From the NCBI GenBank assembly GCA_043228905.1, contig JBHGNT010000016.1:434001-498000 (forward strand): DNA of 64,000 nt, in the 5' to 3' direction. A program made the translations under genes and the position numbers. Numbering within the stretch: the first letter of the stretch is position 1; each line of letters opens with the position of its first letter. Below the pieces are notes generated by a model. The model was not told the origin of the DNA and searched no databases. It saw nothing but the letters and a program-made list of their open reading frames with translations. Below, in pieces: positions 28,847 to 41,600 of this stretch. The DNA is from Azolla caroliniana (Eukaryota > Plantae > Polypodiophyta).

Positions 28847-30492
28847 TTCAGCATCTGTATCTTGACCTGGTCCCGTCCGACGATCAACATGTCGTCCACG
28901 TACAGGAGGAGTATTAGAAAGTCTCCTCCTTCGAACTTCTTCACAAACACGCAGTGATCGGACTGCGTTTTGTGGTACCCTTCGTCGGTCATGAAAGAGT
29001 CGAACTTCCAGTACCATTGCCGGGGAGCCTGCTTCAGTCCGTAAAGGCTCTTCTTCAACCGGCATACCAGGTGCTCCTTCCCTTTCTTCTCGAATCCTTC
29101 CGGTTGCTGCATGTAGATCTCTTCTTCGAGGTCACCGTGAAGGAATGCCGTCTTCACGTCCATCTGTTCTACCTCGAGGTCCATGCTTGCCGCTATGCTC
29201 AGCACCGTCCGGATGGAGGTCATCTTCACTACCGGGGCAAATATCTCGTCGAAGTCGACGCCCTTCTTCTGCTGAAACCCCTTCACCACGATCCTGGCTT
29301 TGTATCTCGGGGGGTTTCCGGCATCTCCCGGTTTCAGCTTGAACACCCACTTGTTTCGAAGTGCCCGCTTTCCTTTCGGCAACTCCACAAGTTCATATGT
29401 GTGGTTCTCATGCAGGGAATCCATCTCCTCCTGCATGGCACTTAACCACCTGCGGCTATGGGTGTCAAGCTTTGCTTCTTCAAAACTCTCCGGCTCCCCC
29501 TCCTCGGTTAGCAGCACGTGCTCTGGTTCCGGAAATCTCCGGGGGGCCCTTCTCTCTCTTAGAGGATATCTCCGTTCCGGAGCTTCGGTAACCGGCTCCT
29601 CCGTTTCCTCTTCATCCGAATCCATTTCGGGATCGGGGCCGGTTCCGGTATCAGTTTCATCTTCCTCGGCCGGTTCTGTTTCTTCACCGTCTTCGGCCGG
29701 ATCCTCGAGTGCTAACCGGTCCCTTGCCGGTCGGGACTGCTCCTCGTAGAGTTGATCCTCACCGGACGACTTGGAGCTCTTCATCTTCTTCTCCGACTCC
29801 CAGTCGGCGAGTGTCTTGTCCTCCATGAAGATGATATCACGACTCCGGAATATCTTTTTGTCGACCGGGTCCCATACTCGGTAGCCGAACTCGTCGTCGC
29901 CGTAACCAAGGAATATGCATGGCCGGGTCTTTGGGTCTAGCTTTCCTCTCCGGTCCTTTGCCACATGCACATATGCGAGACACCCGAACACCTTCAGATG
30001 CCGGTAGGATACTTCCCTACCGGTCCACACTCTCTGCGGCGTGTCTCCGTCCAAAGGTACTGAGGGTGATCTGTTTATCACGTATGTCGCCGTCGACATT
30101 GCCTCAGCCCAAAACCCCTTGGGTAATTTCGCATGCGCCAGCATACTCCGGACCCTCTCCATTATGGTCCGGTTCATCCTCTCGGCCAGCCCGTTCAGTT
30201 CCGGCGTCTTCGGCACAGTAAACTCGAGCCGGATTCCCTTCGAGCGACAGTACTCCTCGAACTGCCCCCGGTATTCCCCTCCGTTATCCGCTCGTATCGC
30301 TTTCAGCTCCTTGCCGGATTCCCTTTCCACTCTCGCGTGGAGTTCTTTGAAGACGGACAATACTTGGTCCTTTGTCTTCAACGGTGCCGTCCACAGCTTC
30401 CGGCTATGGTCATCTATGAATGTTACGAAGTACTGGGCTCCGCCATGTGACTTCGTTTCTACCTGACACACATCAGTGTGTACCAACTCCAA
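28847..30492 (-). CDS. Copia integrase core and reverse transcriptase (fragment, no RNase H)
   Basis: LVHTDV, IRADNGGEY and NGLAERMNRT (DDE), CIFLGY, KARIVVKGF, QMDVKTAFLHG, SLYGLKQAPRQW, LLYVDDML. Confidence 0.9.
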
Positions 30493-30540
30493 TGGTACAC
30501 TACGTCTCGTCGGTGGCCTTGAGTGGAAGGAGGTTCGGTT

Positions 30541-31998
30541 CTATTTACCGGCCAGGCAATCGGTGCACTTCTCCAGGTGCACATACTTCACTGGAATAAG
30601 GTTGTCTTCTGCAAGCCTCTTCATCCCCTTCTCACTCATGTGACACAGTCTCTTGTGCCACAGCTCACCGGCAGTATCGGCTGCCACGTTCAGCTCCTCC
30701 GGACATAGCCGGGAATTCATCAGGTACAGGGTGTTGACCTTCCGGGCCCGAGCCACTATCAGGCTCCCTTTGCTGAACTTCATGACACCGTTCCGGATGC
30801 TACCCGTGTAGCCTTCATCGTCTAGCCTCCCGGCCGAAATCAGGTTCAATCGGACCTCCGGAACGTGTCGTACATCCTTCAGCAGCATCTTGCATCCGGT
30901 TGACGTCATCAGCCACACGTCTCCTATGCCGGCAATCCGGCATGTACCTTCATTTCCCATCCGGACACAGCCGTGCTCACCGGCTGTATAGGATGAGAAG
31001 TATTTCTTCTCCGGGGTCAGGTGGAACGACGCTCCGGAATCGACCACCCAGGTCATCTCTTCACCGGCAAGGTTTAGCTCCCTCTCTTCGGTAATGAGCA
31101 TTATCTCTTCTTCACTTGCCGCGAGTGCCGTCGTTCCTTTCCGGTCCTGCCCTCGCCGATCCGGACCTCTCCGGTCCGTGGCTCCCCGGTATGCACCGTT
31201 TCGCTCCGGTGACTTCTTCGAATCGGTACCGTCGGTTCCGTTGTCTTTCCGGAAATGCCGACAGTTCTTCTGGAAGTGCCCCGGCTTCCCACAGTAGAAG
31301 CATGTAGGTCTTCCCCTTGACTGCGACCGTGTCCCCGACTTCTCCCGTCTTTGCGGGCTCCGGTTCCGTTGTCTTCCCCGTTCCGATTCGGTAAGCAGCG
31401 CCTTCGAGCCGGAGGCCGGTTCTTTATCTCTCCGACGCGCTTCTTCATTTAGAATACTTGTCTTTACCGTTAGTAAAGACAAGTTCTCTTCCTTACAGGA
31501 GGTGCTGAGAGTAACTACCAAGTTCTCCCAGCTCTCCGGAAGGGTACACATCAGCATGATGGCTTGCATTGCGTCATCCAACGGGAACTTGATCGCTGCA
31601 AGCTGGTTCACGAATCCCATGAACGTGCTGACGTGTTCGACCATGCTCTCGCCGTCCCGGTACTTAAGATTCACTATCTTCCTCATCAGGGAGGTCCGGG
31701 TCAGAGCATTCTTCCTCTCATACAGTCCGGACAGCTTCTGCCACATCTCATAGGCGTTCGTATCGTTCGCCACATGTTGCAGGACACTTACATCGACATA
31801 TTGCCGGATCGTCGCTACGGCTTTCCGGTTCAGGAGCTTCCACTCCGACTCTATTACCCCCTTGGGTATCTCGGCATTGTCGATCGGTTCGTACAGGTCT
31901 CGGACGATGAGAAGGTCTTCCATCTTTATCTTCCAGTCGGCGTAGTTCTGTGAGTTCAACACCATCATGCCCGGAGGCCCACTACCACCGCCTTCCAT
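30541..31998 (-). CDS. Copia Gag, zinc knuckle, aspartic protease and integrase Zn-binding region (fragment)
   Basis: CFYCGKPGHFQKNC (CCHC knuckle), WVVDSGASFH (protease), LWHKRLCHMS...CTDCLAGK (HHCC/GAG-pre-integrase). The ORF-track start at 32052 lies in the LTR and is not the real start. Confidence 0.88.
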   Translation of the reverse strand: MEGGGSGPPGMMVLNSQNYADWKIKMEDLLIVRDLYEPIDNAEIPKGVIESEWKLLNRKAVATIRQYVDVSVLQHVANDTNAYEMWQKLSGLYERKNALTRTSLMRKIVNLKYRDGESMVEHVSTFMGFVNQLAAIKFPLDDAMQAIMLMCTLPESWENLVVTLSTSCKEENLSLLTVKTSILNEEARRRDKEPASGSKALLTESERGRQRNRSPQRREKSGTRSQSRGRPTCFYCGKPGHFQKNCRHFRKDNGTDGTDSKKSPERNGAYRGATDRRGPDRRGQDRKGTTALAASEEEIMLITEERELNLAGEEMTWVVDSGASFHLTPEKKYFSSYTAGEHGCVRMGNEGTCRIAGIGDVWLMTSTGCKMLLKDVRHVPEVRLNLISAGRLDDEGYTGSIRNGVMKFSKGSLIVARARKVNTLYLMNSRLCPEELNVAADTAGELWHKRLCHMSEKGMKRLAEDNLIPVKYVHLEKCTDCLAGK

Positions 31999-32014
31999 TT
32001 TCTGTGTTACCGTC

Positions 32015-32026
32015 GCTCTGATACCA
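32015..32026 (-). promoter_or_regulatory. Primer-binding site for tRNA-iMet
   Basis: Minus strand reads TGGTATCAGAGC, 3 nt downstream of the 5' LTR end. Confidence 0.95.
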
Positions 32027-32029
32027 CTT

Positions 32030-32646
32030 TGTTGAACACGGTGCTCGGCCACAACCGAGGAATAGGATCAACTCACAGAAAATAGGAAATACAAAATGCA
32101 CGAAGACAATAGAGAGAAAAGTACACAGGATGTTTTACGTGGAAAACCCTAAATGGGAAAAACCACGGAAGTCCTCAAACTCCAACTATCACTATGAACA
32201 GAGATGTACAATGGTGAAGCCACAAGGCAACAACCTTGAGCTCACTGTCTTCGCCACAAGCGGCGGTAATACACAGAGGCAACGACCTCTTCGTCTTTCT
32301 CTCTCTCTCTCTCTCTCTCGGCTGCTCCCTTCACTCTCTCTAAGTGGAAAACAGAAAATGAGCAGCAGTCACTAAACTGTTTGCCCTAAGTCATATTTAT
32401 ACACATATGACTTTCGGGCTATTTACAAATATAGCCTCAAGGGCCCTTGGCAAACATATTCACAAATATGTCCCCGCATCCGGATCTCTCTCCGGGTACA
32501 TTCATCATCCGGCTCCGTAGCCGGGGTCTTCGTCATCCGGCTCCGTAGCCGGGGTCTTCTCTTCATCATCCGATTCCGTAACCGCAACCAGGCTTGCCGT
32601 CATTCATTTCCGGACATCCCATCCGGAGGGACCGAAAATCCCAACA
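32030..32646 (-). repeat. Copia 5' LTR (617 bp)
   Basis: Minus strand TGTTGGGATT...GTGTTCAACA. TATAAATA at 32394-32401 (minus). (GA)n tract near 32298-32319. 28-bp tandem repeats in the U3 region at 32505-32580. Confidence 0.93.
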
Positions 32647-35600
32647 AACTCCCTCCTCAAATTTGTTAATTTCTTCATGTCTCTCGACCTGAGTTTCAAA
32701 ATCTTGATTTTTTAATTCCATATTAGAGCTAGCGTTCTTAGCTTCGATTCGCATGTTTGAACACAGAAATCCGATATCACACGAGCCAGGTATGAACATT
32801 TTAATTTACTAACGCGCTCTTCTCCACTACCTCCTCAAATTTGCTAATTTCTTCATGTCTCTTGAGCTGAGTTTTAGAATCTTGATTTATTAATTCCATA
32901 TTAGAGCTAGCGTTGTTAGCTTTGATTCGCATGTTTCAACACAAAAACCCGATATCACACGAGCCAGGTATGAACATTTTAATTTACTAACGCGCTCTTG
33001 TCAACTCTCTCCTCACATTTGCTAATTTCTTCATGTCTCTCGACCTGAGTTTCAAAATCTTGATTATTTAATTCCATATCAGAGCTAGCGTTGTTAGCTT
33101 CGATTCGCATGTTTGAACACAAAAATACGATATCACAGGAGCCAGGTATGAACATTTTAATTTACCTACTAGCGCTTGTCAACTCCCTCCTCAAATTTGC
33201 TAATTCCTTCATGTCTCTCTACCTGAGTTTCAAAATCTTGATTTTTTAATTGCATATTAGAGCTAGCGTTGTTTGCTTCGATTCGTATTTTTGAACACAG
33301 AAATCCGATATCACACGAGCCAGGTATGAACATTTTAATTTACCTACTAGCGCTTGTCAACTCCCTCCTCAAATTTGTTAATTTCTTCATGTCTCTCGAC
33401 CTGAGTTTCAAAATCTTGATTTTTGAATTCCATATCAGAGCTAGCATCGTTAGCTTCGAGTCGCATGTTTGAACACAGAAATCCGATGTCACACGAGCCA
33501 GGTATGAACATTTTAATTTACCTACTAGCTCTTGTCAACTCCCTCGTCAAATCTTCTAATTTCTTCATGTCTCTCGACCTGAGTTTCAAAATCCTGATTT
33601 TTTAATTCTATATCAGAGCTAGCGTTGTTAGCTTCGATTCACATGTTTGAACACAGAAATCCGATATCACACGAGCCAGGTATGAACATTTTAATTTACC
33701 TACTACCTCTTGTCAACTCCCTCCTCAAATTTGCTAATTTCTACATGTCTGTCGACCTGAGTTTCAAAATCTTGATTTTTTAATTCCATATCAGAGCTAG
33801 CGTTGTTAGCTTCGATTGGCATGTTTGAACACAGAAATCTAATATCACACGAGCTAGGTATGAACATTTTGATTTACTAACGCGCTATTCTCCACTACCT
33901 CCTCAAATTTGTTAATTTCTTCATGTCTCTCGACCTGAGTTTCAAAATCTTGATTTTTTAATTCTATATCATATCAAGCATTGCTAGCTTCGATTCACAT
34001 GTTTGAACACAAAAATCTGATATCACACGAGCCAGGTATGAACATTTTAATTCCCTCCTCAAAATCGCTAATTTCTTCATGTCTCTCGACCTGAGTTTCA
34101 AAATCTTGATTTTTTAATTCCATATCAGAGCTAGCGTTGTTAGCTTCGATTCGCATGTTTGAACACAAAAATCCGATATCACAGGAGCCAGGTATGAACA
34201 TTTTAATTTACCTACTAGCGCTTGTCAACTCCCTCCTCAAATTTGCTAATTTCTTCATGTCTCTCGACCTGAGTTTCAAAATCTTGATTATTTAATTCCA
34301 TATCAGAGCTAGCGTTGTTAGCTTCGATTCGCATGTTTGAACACAAAAATACGATATCACACGAGCCACGTATGAACATTTTAATTTACCTACTAGCTCT
34401 TGTCAACTCCCTCCTCAAATTTGCTAATTCCTTCATGTCTCTCTACCTGAGTTTCAAAATCTTGATTTTTCAATTCCATATCAGAGCTAGCGTTGTTAGC
34501 TTCGATTCGTATGTTTGAACACAGAAATCCGATATCACACGAGCCAGCTATGAACATTTTAATTTACCTACTAGCGCTTGTCAACTCGCTCCTCAAATTT
34601 TTTAATTTCTTCATGTCTCTCGACCTGAGTTTCAAAATCTTGATTTTTGAATTCCATATCAGAGCTAGCATCGTTAGCTTCGAGTCGCATGTTTGAACAC
34701 AGAAATCCGATATCACACGAGCCAGGTATGAACATTTTAATTTACCTACTAGCTCTTGTCAACTCCCTCGTCAAATCTTCTAATTTCTTCATGTCTCTCG
34801 ACCTGACTTTCAAAATCTTGATTTTTTTAATTCTATATCAGAGCTAGCGTTGTTAGCTTCGATTCACATGTTTGAACACAGAAATCCGATATCACACGAG
34901 CCAGGTATGAACATTTTAATTTACCTACTAGCGCTTGTCAACTCCCTCCTCAAATTTGCTAATTTCTTCATGTCTCTCGACCTGAGTTCCAAAATCTTGA
35001 TTTTTCAATTCCATATCAGAGCTAGCGTTGTTTGCTTCGATTTGCATGTTTGAACACAAAAATCCGATATCATACGGGCCAGGTATGAACATATTAAACT
35101 CATTGCTCAAGTTTGTTACTTTCTTCATGTCTCTCGACCTGAGATTCAAAATCTTGATTTTTCTATTCCATATCAGAGCTAGCGTTGTTAGCTTCGATTC
35201 GCATGTTTGAACACAAAAATCCGATATCACACGAGCCTGGAATGAACATTTTAATTTACTGACGCGCTCTTGTCAACTCTCTCCTCAAATTTGCTAATTT
35301 CTTCATGTCTCTCGACCTGAGTTTCAAAATTTTGATTTTTTAATTCCATAACAGAGCTAGCGTTGTTAACTTCGATTCACATGTTTGAACACAAAAATCC
35401 GATATCACAGGAGCCAGGTATGAACATTTTAATTTACCTACTAGCTCTTGTCAACTCCCTCCTCAAATTTGCTAATTCCTTCCTGTCTCTCTACCTGAGT
35501 TTCAAAATCTTGATTTTTTAATTTCATATTAGAGCTAGCGTTGTTTGCTTCGATTCGTATGTTTGAACACAGAAATCCGATATCACACGAGCCAGGTATG

Positions 35601-38600
35601 AACATTTTAATTTACCTACTAGCGCTTGTCAACTCCCTCCTCAAATTTGTTAATTTCTTCATGTCTCTCGACCTGAGTTTCAAAATCTTGATTTTTGAAT
35701 TCCATATCAGAGCTAGCATCGTTAGCTTCGAGTCGCATGTTTGAACACAGAAATCCGATATCACACGAGCCAGGTATGAACATTTTAATTTACCTACTAG
35801 CTCTTGTCAACTCCCTCGTCAAATCTTCTAATTTCTTCATGTCTCTCGACCTGAGTTTCAAAATCTTGATTTTTTTAATTCTATATCAAAGCTAGCGTTG
35901 TTAGCTTCGATTCACATGTTTGAACACAGAAATCCGATATCACAGGAGCCAGGTATGAACATTTTAATTTACCTACTAGCGCTTGTCAATTCCCTCCTCA
36001 AATTTGCTAATTTCTTCATGTCTCTCGACCTGAGTTTCAAAATCTTGATTTTTTAATTCCATATCAGAGCTAGCGTTGTTAACTTCGATTCGCATGTTTG
36101 AACACAAAAATACGATATCACACGAGCCACGTATGAACATTTTAATTTACCTACTAGCTCTTGTCAACTCCCTCCTCAAATTCGCTAATTCCTTCATGTC
36201 TCTCTACCTGAGTTTCAAAATCTTGATTTTTCAATTCCATATTAGAGCTAGCGTTGTTTGCTTCGATTCGTATGTTTGAACACAAAAATCCGATATCATA
36301 CGGGCCAGGTATGAACATTTTAAACTCATTCCTCAAGTTTGTTACTTTCTTCATGTCTCTCGACCTGAGATTCAAAATCTTGATTTTTCTATTCCATATC
36401 AGAGCTAGCGTTGTTAGCTTCGATTCGCATGTTTGAACACAAAAATCCGATATCACACGAGCCTGGAATGAACATTTTAATTTACTAACGCGCTCTTGTC
36501 AACTCTCTCCTCAAATTTGCTAATTTCTTCATGTCTCTCGACCTGAGTTTCAAAATTTCGATTTTTTAATTCCATATCAGAGCTAGCGTTGTTAACTTCG
36601 ATTCGCATGTTTGAACACAAAAATCCGATATCACAGGAGCCAGGTATGAACATTTTAATTTACCTACTAGCGCTTGTCAACTCCCTCCTCAGATTTGCTA
36701 ATTTCTTCATGTCTCTCGACCTGAGTTTCAAAATCTTGATTATTTAATTCCATATCAGAGCTAGCGTTGTTAGCTTCGATTCGCATGTTTGAACACAAAA
36801 ATACGATATCACACGGGCCACGTATGAACATTTTAATTTACGTACTAGCTCTTGTCAACTCCCTCCTCAAATTTGCTAATTCCTTCATGTCTCTCTACCT
36901 GAGTTTCAAAATCTTGATTTTTTAATTTCATATTAGAGCTAGCGTTGTTTGCTTCGATTCGTATGTTTGAACACAGAAATCCGATATCACACGAGCCAGG
37001 TATGAACATTTTAATTTACCTACTAGCGCTTGTCAACTCCCTCCTCAAATTTGTTAATTTCTTCATGTCTCTCGACCTGAGTTTCAAAATCTTGATTTTT
37101 GAATTCCATATTAGAGGTAGCATCGTTAGCTTCGAGTCGCATGTTTGAACACAGAAATCCGATATCACACGAGCCAGGTATGAACATTTTAATTTACCTA
37201 CTAGCTCTTGTCAACTCCCTCGTCAAATCTTCTAATTTCTTCATGTCTCTCGACCTGAGTTTCAAAATCTTGATTTTTTAATTCTATATCAGAGCTAGCG
37301 TTGTTAGCTTCGATTCACATGTTTGAACACAGAAATCCGAAATCACACGAGCCAGCTATGAACATTTTAATTTACCTACTAGCGCTTGTCAACTCCCTCC
37401 TCAAATTTGCTAATTTCTTCATGTCTCTCGACCTGAGTTTCAAAATCTTGATTTTCCAATTCCATATCAGAGCTAGCGTTGTTAGCTTCGATTCGCATGT
37501 TTGAACACAGAAATCCGATATCATACGAGCCAGGTATGAACATTTTAATTTACTTACAAGCTCTTCTAAACTCCCTCCTCAAATTTGCTAATTTCTTCAT
37601 GTCTCTCGACCTGAGTTTCAAAATCTTGATTTTTCAATTCTATAACAGAGCTAGCGTTGTTACCTTTGATTCGTATGTTTGAATACAGAAATCTGATATC
37701 ACACGAGCCAGGTATGAACATTTTAATTAACCTACTAGCTCTTGTCAACTCCCTCCTCAAATTTGTTAATTTCTTCATGTCTCTCGACCTGAGTTTCAAA
37801 ATCTTGATTTTTGAATTCCATATCAGAGCTAGTGTTCTTAGCTTCGATTCGCATGTTTGAACATAGAAATCCGATATCACACGAGCCAGGTATGAACATT
37901 TTAATTTACCTACTAGCGATTGTCAACTCCCACCTCAAATTTGCTAATTTCTTCATGTCTCTCGACCTGAGTTTCAAAATCTTGATTTTTCAATTCCATA
38001 TCAGAGCTAGCGTTGTTAGCTTTCATTCTTATGTTTGAACACAGAAATCCGATATCACACGAGCCAGGTATGAACATTTTAATTTACCTACTAGCTCTTG
38101 TCAACTCCGTCCTCAAATTTGTTAATTTCTTCATGTCTCTTGACCTGAGTTTCAAAATCTTGATTATTTAATTCCATATCAGAGCAAGCGTTGTTAGCTT
38201 CGATTCGCATGTTTGAACATAGAAATCCGATAGCACACGAGCCAGGTATGAACATTTTAATTTACCTACTTGCTGTTGTCAACTACCTCCTCAAATTTGT
38301 TAATTTCTTCATGTCTCTCGACCTGAGATTCAAAATCTTGATTATTAAATTCCATATTAGAGCTAGCGTTGTTAGCTTCGATTTGCATATTGGAACACAG
38401 AAATCCGATATCACACGAGCCAGGTATGAACATTTTAATTTACCTACTAGCTCTTGTCAACTCCCTCCTCAAATTTATTAATTTCTTCATGTCTCTCGAC
38501 CTGAGTTTCAAAATCTTGATTATTTAATTCCATATCAGAGCAAGCGTTGTTAGCATCGATTCGCATGATTGAACACAGAAATCCGATATCACACGAGCCA

Positions 38601-41600
38601 AGTATAAACATTTTAATTTACTTACTAGCGCTTGTCATCTCCCTCCTCAAATTTGCTAATTTCTTAATTACTCTCGACCTGAGTTTCAAAATCTTTATTT
38701 TTCAATTCCATATCAGAGCTAGCGTTGTTAGCTTCGATTCGCATGTTTGAACATAGAAATCCGATAGCACACGAGCCAGGTATGAACATTTTAATTTACC
38801 TACTAGCTCTTGTCAACTACCTCCTCAAATTTGTTAATTTCTTCATGTCTCTCGACCTGAGTTTCAAAATCTTGATTATTAAATTCCATATTAGAGCTAG
38901 CGTTGTTAGCTTCGATTTGCATATTGGAACACAGAAATCCGATATCACACGAACCAGGTATGAACATTTTAATTTACCTACTACCTCTTGTCAACTCCCT
39001 CCTCAAATTTGCTAATTTCTACATGTCTGTCGACCTGAGTTTCAAAATCTTGATTTTTTAATTCCATATCAGAGCTAGCGTTGTTAGCTTTCATTCTTAT
39101 GTTTGAACACAGAAATCTGATATCACACGAGCTAGGTATGAACATTTTGATTTACTAACGCGCTCTTCTCCACTACCTCCTCAAATTTGTTAATTTCTTC
39201 ATGTCTCTCGACCTGAGTTTCAAAATCTTGATTTTTTAATTCTATATCATATCAAGCATTGCTAGCTTCGATTCACATGTTTGAACACAAAAATCTGATA
39301 TCACACGAGCCAGGTATGAACATTTTAATTCCCTCCTCAAAATCGCTAATTTCTTAATGTCTCTCGACCTGAGTTTCAAAATCTTGATTTTTTAATTCCA
39401 TATCAGAGCTAGCGTTGTTAGCTTCGATTCGCATGTTTGAACACAGAAATCCGATATCATACGAGCCAGGTATGAACATTTTAATTTACTTACAAGCTCT
39501 TCTAAACTCCCTCCTCAAATTTGCTAATTTCTTCATGTCTCTCGACCTGAGTTTCAAAATCTTGATTTTTTAATTCCATATCAGAGCTAGCGTTGTTAGC
39601 TTCGATTCGCATGTTTGAACACAAAAATACGATATCACAGGAGCCAGGTATGAACATTTTAATTTACCTACTAGCGCTTGTCAACTCCCTCCTCAAATTT
39701 GCTAATTCCTTCATGTCTCTCTACCTGAGTTTCAAAATCTTGATTTTTTAATTGCATATTAGAGCTAGCGTTGTTTGCTTCGATTCGTATTTTTGAACAC
39801 AGAAATCCGATATCACACGAGCCAGGTATGAACATTTTAATTTACCTACTAGCGCTTGTCAACTCCCTCCTCAAATTTGTTAATTTCTTCATGTCTCTCG
39901 ACCTGAGTTTCAAAATCTTGATTTTTGAATTCCATATCAGAGCTAGCATCGTTAGCTTCGAGTCGCATGTTTGAACACAGAAATCCGATGTCACACGAGC
40001 CAGGTATGAACATTTTAATTTACCTACTAGCTCTTGTCAACTCCCTCGTCAAATCTTCTAATTTCTTCATGTCTCTCGACCTGAGTTTCAAAATCCTGAT
40101 TTTTTAATTCTATATCAGAGCTAGCGTTGTTAGCTTCGATTCACATGTTTGAACACAGAAATCCGATATCACACGAGCCAGGTATGAACATTTTAATTTA
40201 CCTACTACCTCTTGTCAACTCCCTCCTCAAATTTGCTAATTTCTACATGTCTGTCGACCTGAGTTTCAAAATCTTGATTTTTTAATTCCATATCAGAGCT
40301 AGCGTTGTTAGCTTCGATTGGCATGTTTGAACACAGAAATCTAATATCACACGAGCTAGGTATGAACATTTTGATTTACTAACGCGCTCTTCTCCACTAC
40401 CTCCTCAAATTTGTTAATTTCTTCATGTCTCTCGACCTGAGTTTCAAAATCTTGATTTTTTAATTCTATATCATATCAAGCATTGCTAGCTTCGATTCAC
40501 ATGTTTGAACACAAAAATCTGATATCACACGAGCCAGGTATGAACATTTTAATTCCCTCCTCAAAATCGCTAATTTCTTCATGTCTCTCGACCTGAGTTT
40601 CAAAATCTTGATTTTTTAATTCCATATCAGAGCTAGCGTTGTTAGCTTCGATTCGCATGTTTGAACACAAAAATCCGATATCACAGGAGCCAGGTATGAA
40701 CATTTTAATTTACCTACTAGCGCTTGTCAACTCCCTCCTCAAATTTGCTAATTTCTTCATGTCTCTCGACCTGAGTTTCAAAATCTTGATTATTTAATTC
40801 CATATCAGAGCTAGCGTTGTTAGCTTCGATTCGCATGTTTGAACACAAAAATACGATATCACACGAGCCACGTATGAACATTTTAATTTACCTACTAGCT
40901 CTTGTCAACTCCCTCCTCAAATTTGCTAATTCCTTCATGTCTCTCTACCTGAGTTTCAAAATCTTGATTTTTCAATTCCATATCAGAGCTAGCGTTGTTA
41001 GCTTCGATTCGTATGTTTGAACACAGAAATCCGATATCACACGAGCCAGCTATGAACATTTTAATTTACCTACTAGCGCTTGTCAACTCCCTCCTCAAAT
41101 TTTTTAATTTCTTCATGTCTCTCGACCTGAGTTTCAAAATCTTGATTTTTGAATTCCATATCAGAGCTAGCATCGTTAGCTTCGAGTCGCATGTTTGAAC
41201 ACAGAAATCCGATATCACACGAGCCAGGTATGAACATTTTAATTTACCTACTAGCTCTTGTCAACTCCCTCGTCAAATCTTCTAATTTCTTCATGTCTCT
41301 CGACCTGACTTTCAAAATCTTGATTTTTTTAATTCTATATCAGAGCTAGCGTTGTTAGCTTCGATTCACATGTTTGAACACAGAAATCCGATATCACACG
41401 AGCCAGGTATGAACATTTTAATTTACCTACTAGCGCTTGTCAACTCCCTCCTCAAATTTGCTAATTTCTTCATGTCTCTCGACCTGAGTTCCAAAATCTT
41501 GATTTTTCAATTCCATATCAGAGCTAGCGTTGTTTGCTTCGATTTGCATGTTTGAACACAAAAATCCGATATCATACGGGCCAGGTATGAACATATTAAA

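Larger units (their letters stand above)
28847..31998 (-). pseudogene. Copia gag-pol polyprotein, one in-frame TAG (30541-30543) and C-terminal truncation within RT
   Basis: ATG at 31998 (MEGGGSGPPG). The frame reads through ...CLAGK*NRTSFHSRPPTRRSVPLELVHTDVC, consistent with CAG>TAG. It ends at the deletion junction shortly after YVDD. Confidence 0.92.
28807..32646 (-). mobile_element. Ty1/copia LTR retrotransposon (Tnt1/Tto1-like, probably Tork lineage), internally deleted
   Basis: TG...CA termini. 5-bp TSD AACTC at 28802-28806 and 32647-32651. Satellite register continues across the insertion. Domain order Gag-PR-IN-RT, with an iMet PBS. Lineage call is from protein resemblance only. Confidence 0.96.

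Noticed and set aside
30541-30543. Programmed stop-codon readthrough between the two copia ORFs
   Set aside because: The TAG lies within integrase where GKQ is expected. A CAG>TAG mutation is simpler, and copia gag-pol is normally one ORF.
28712-32375. Plus-strand and alternate-frame ORFs over the copia element
   Set aside because: These are shadow ORFs of GC-rich gag-pol or LTR sequence with no domain motifs.
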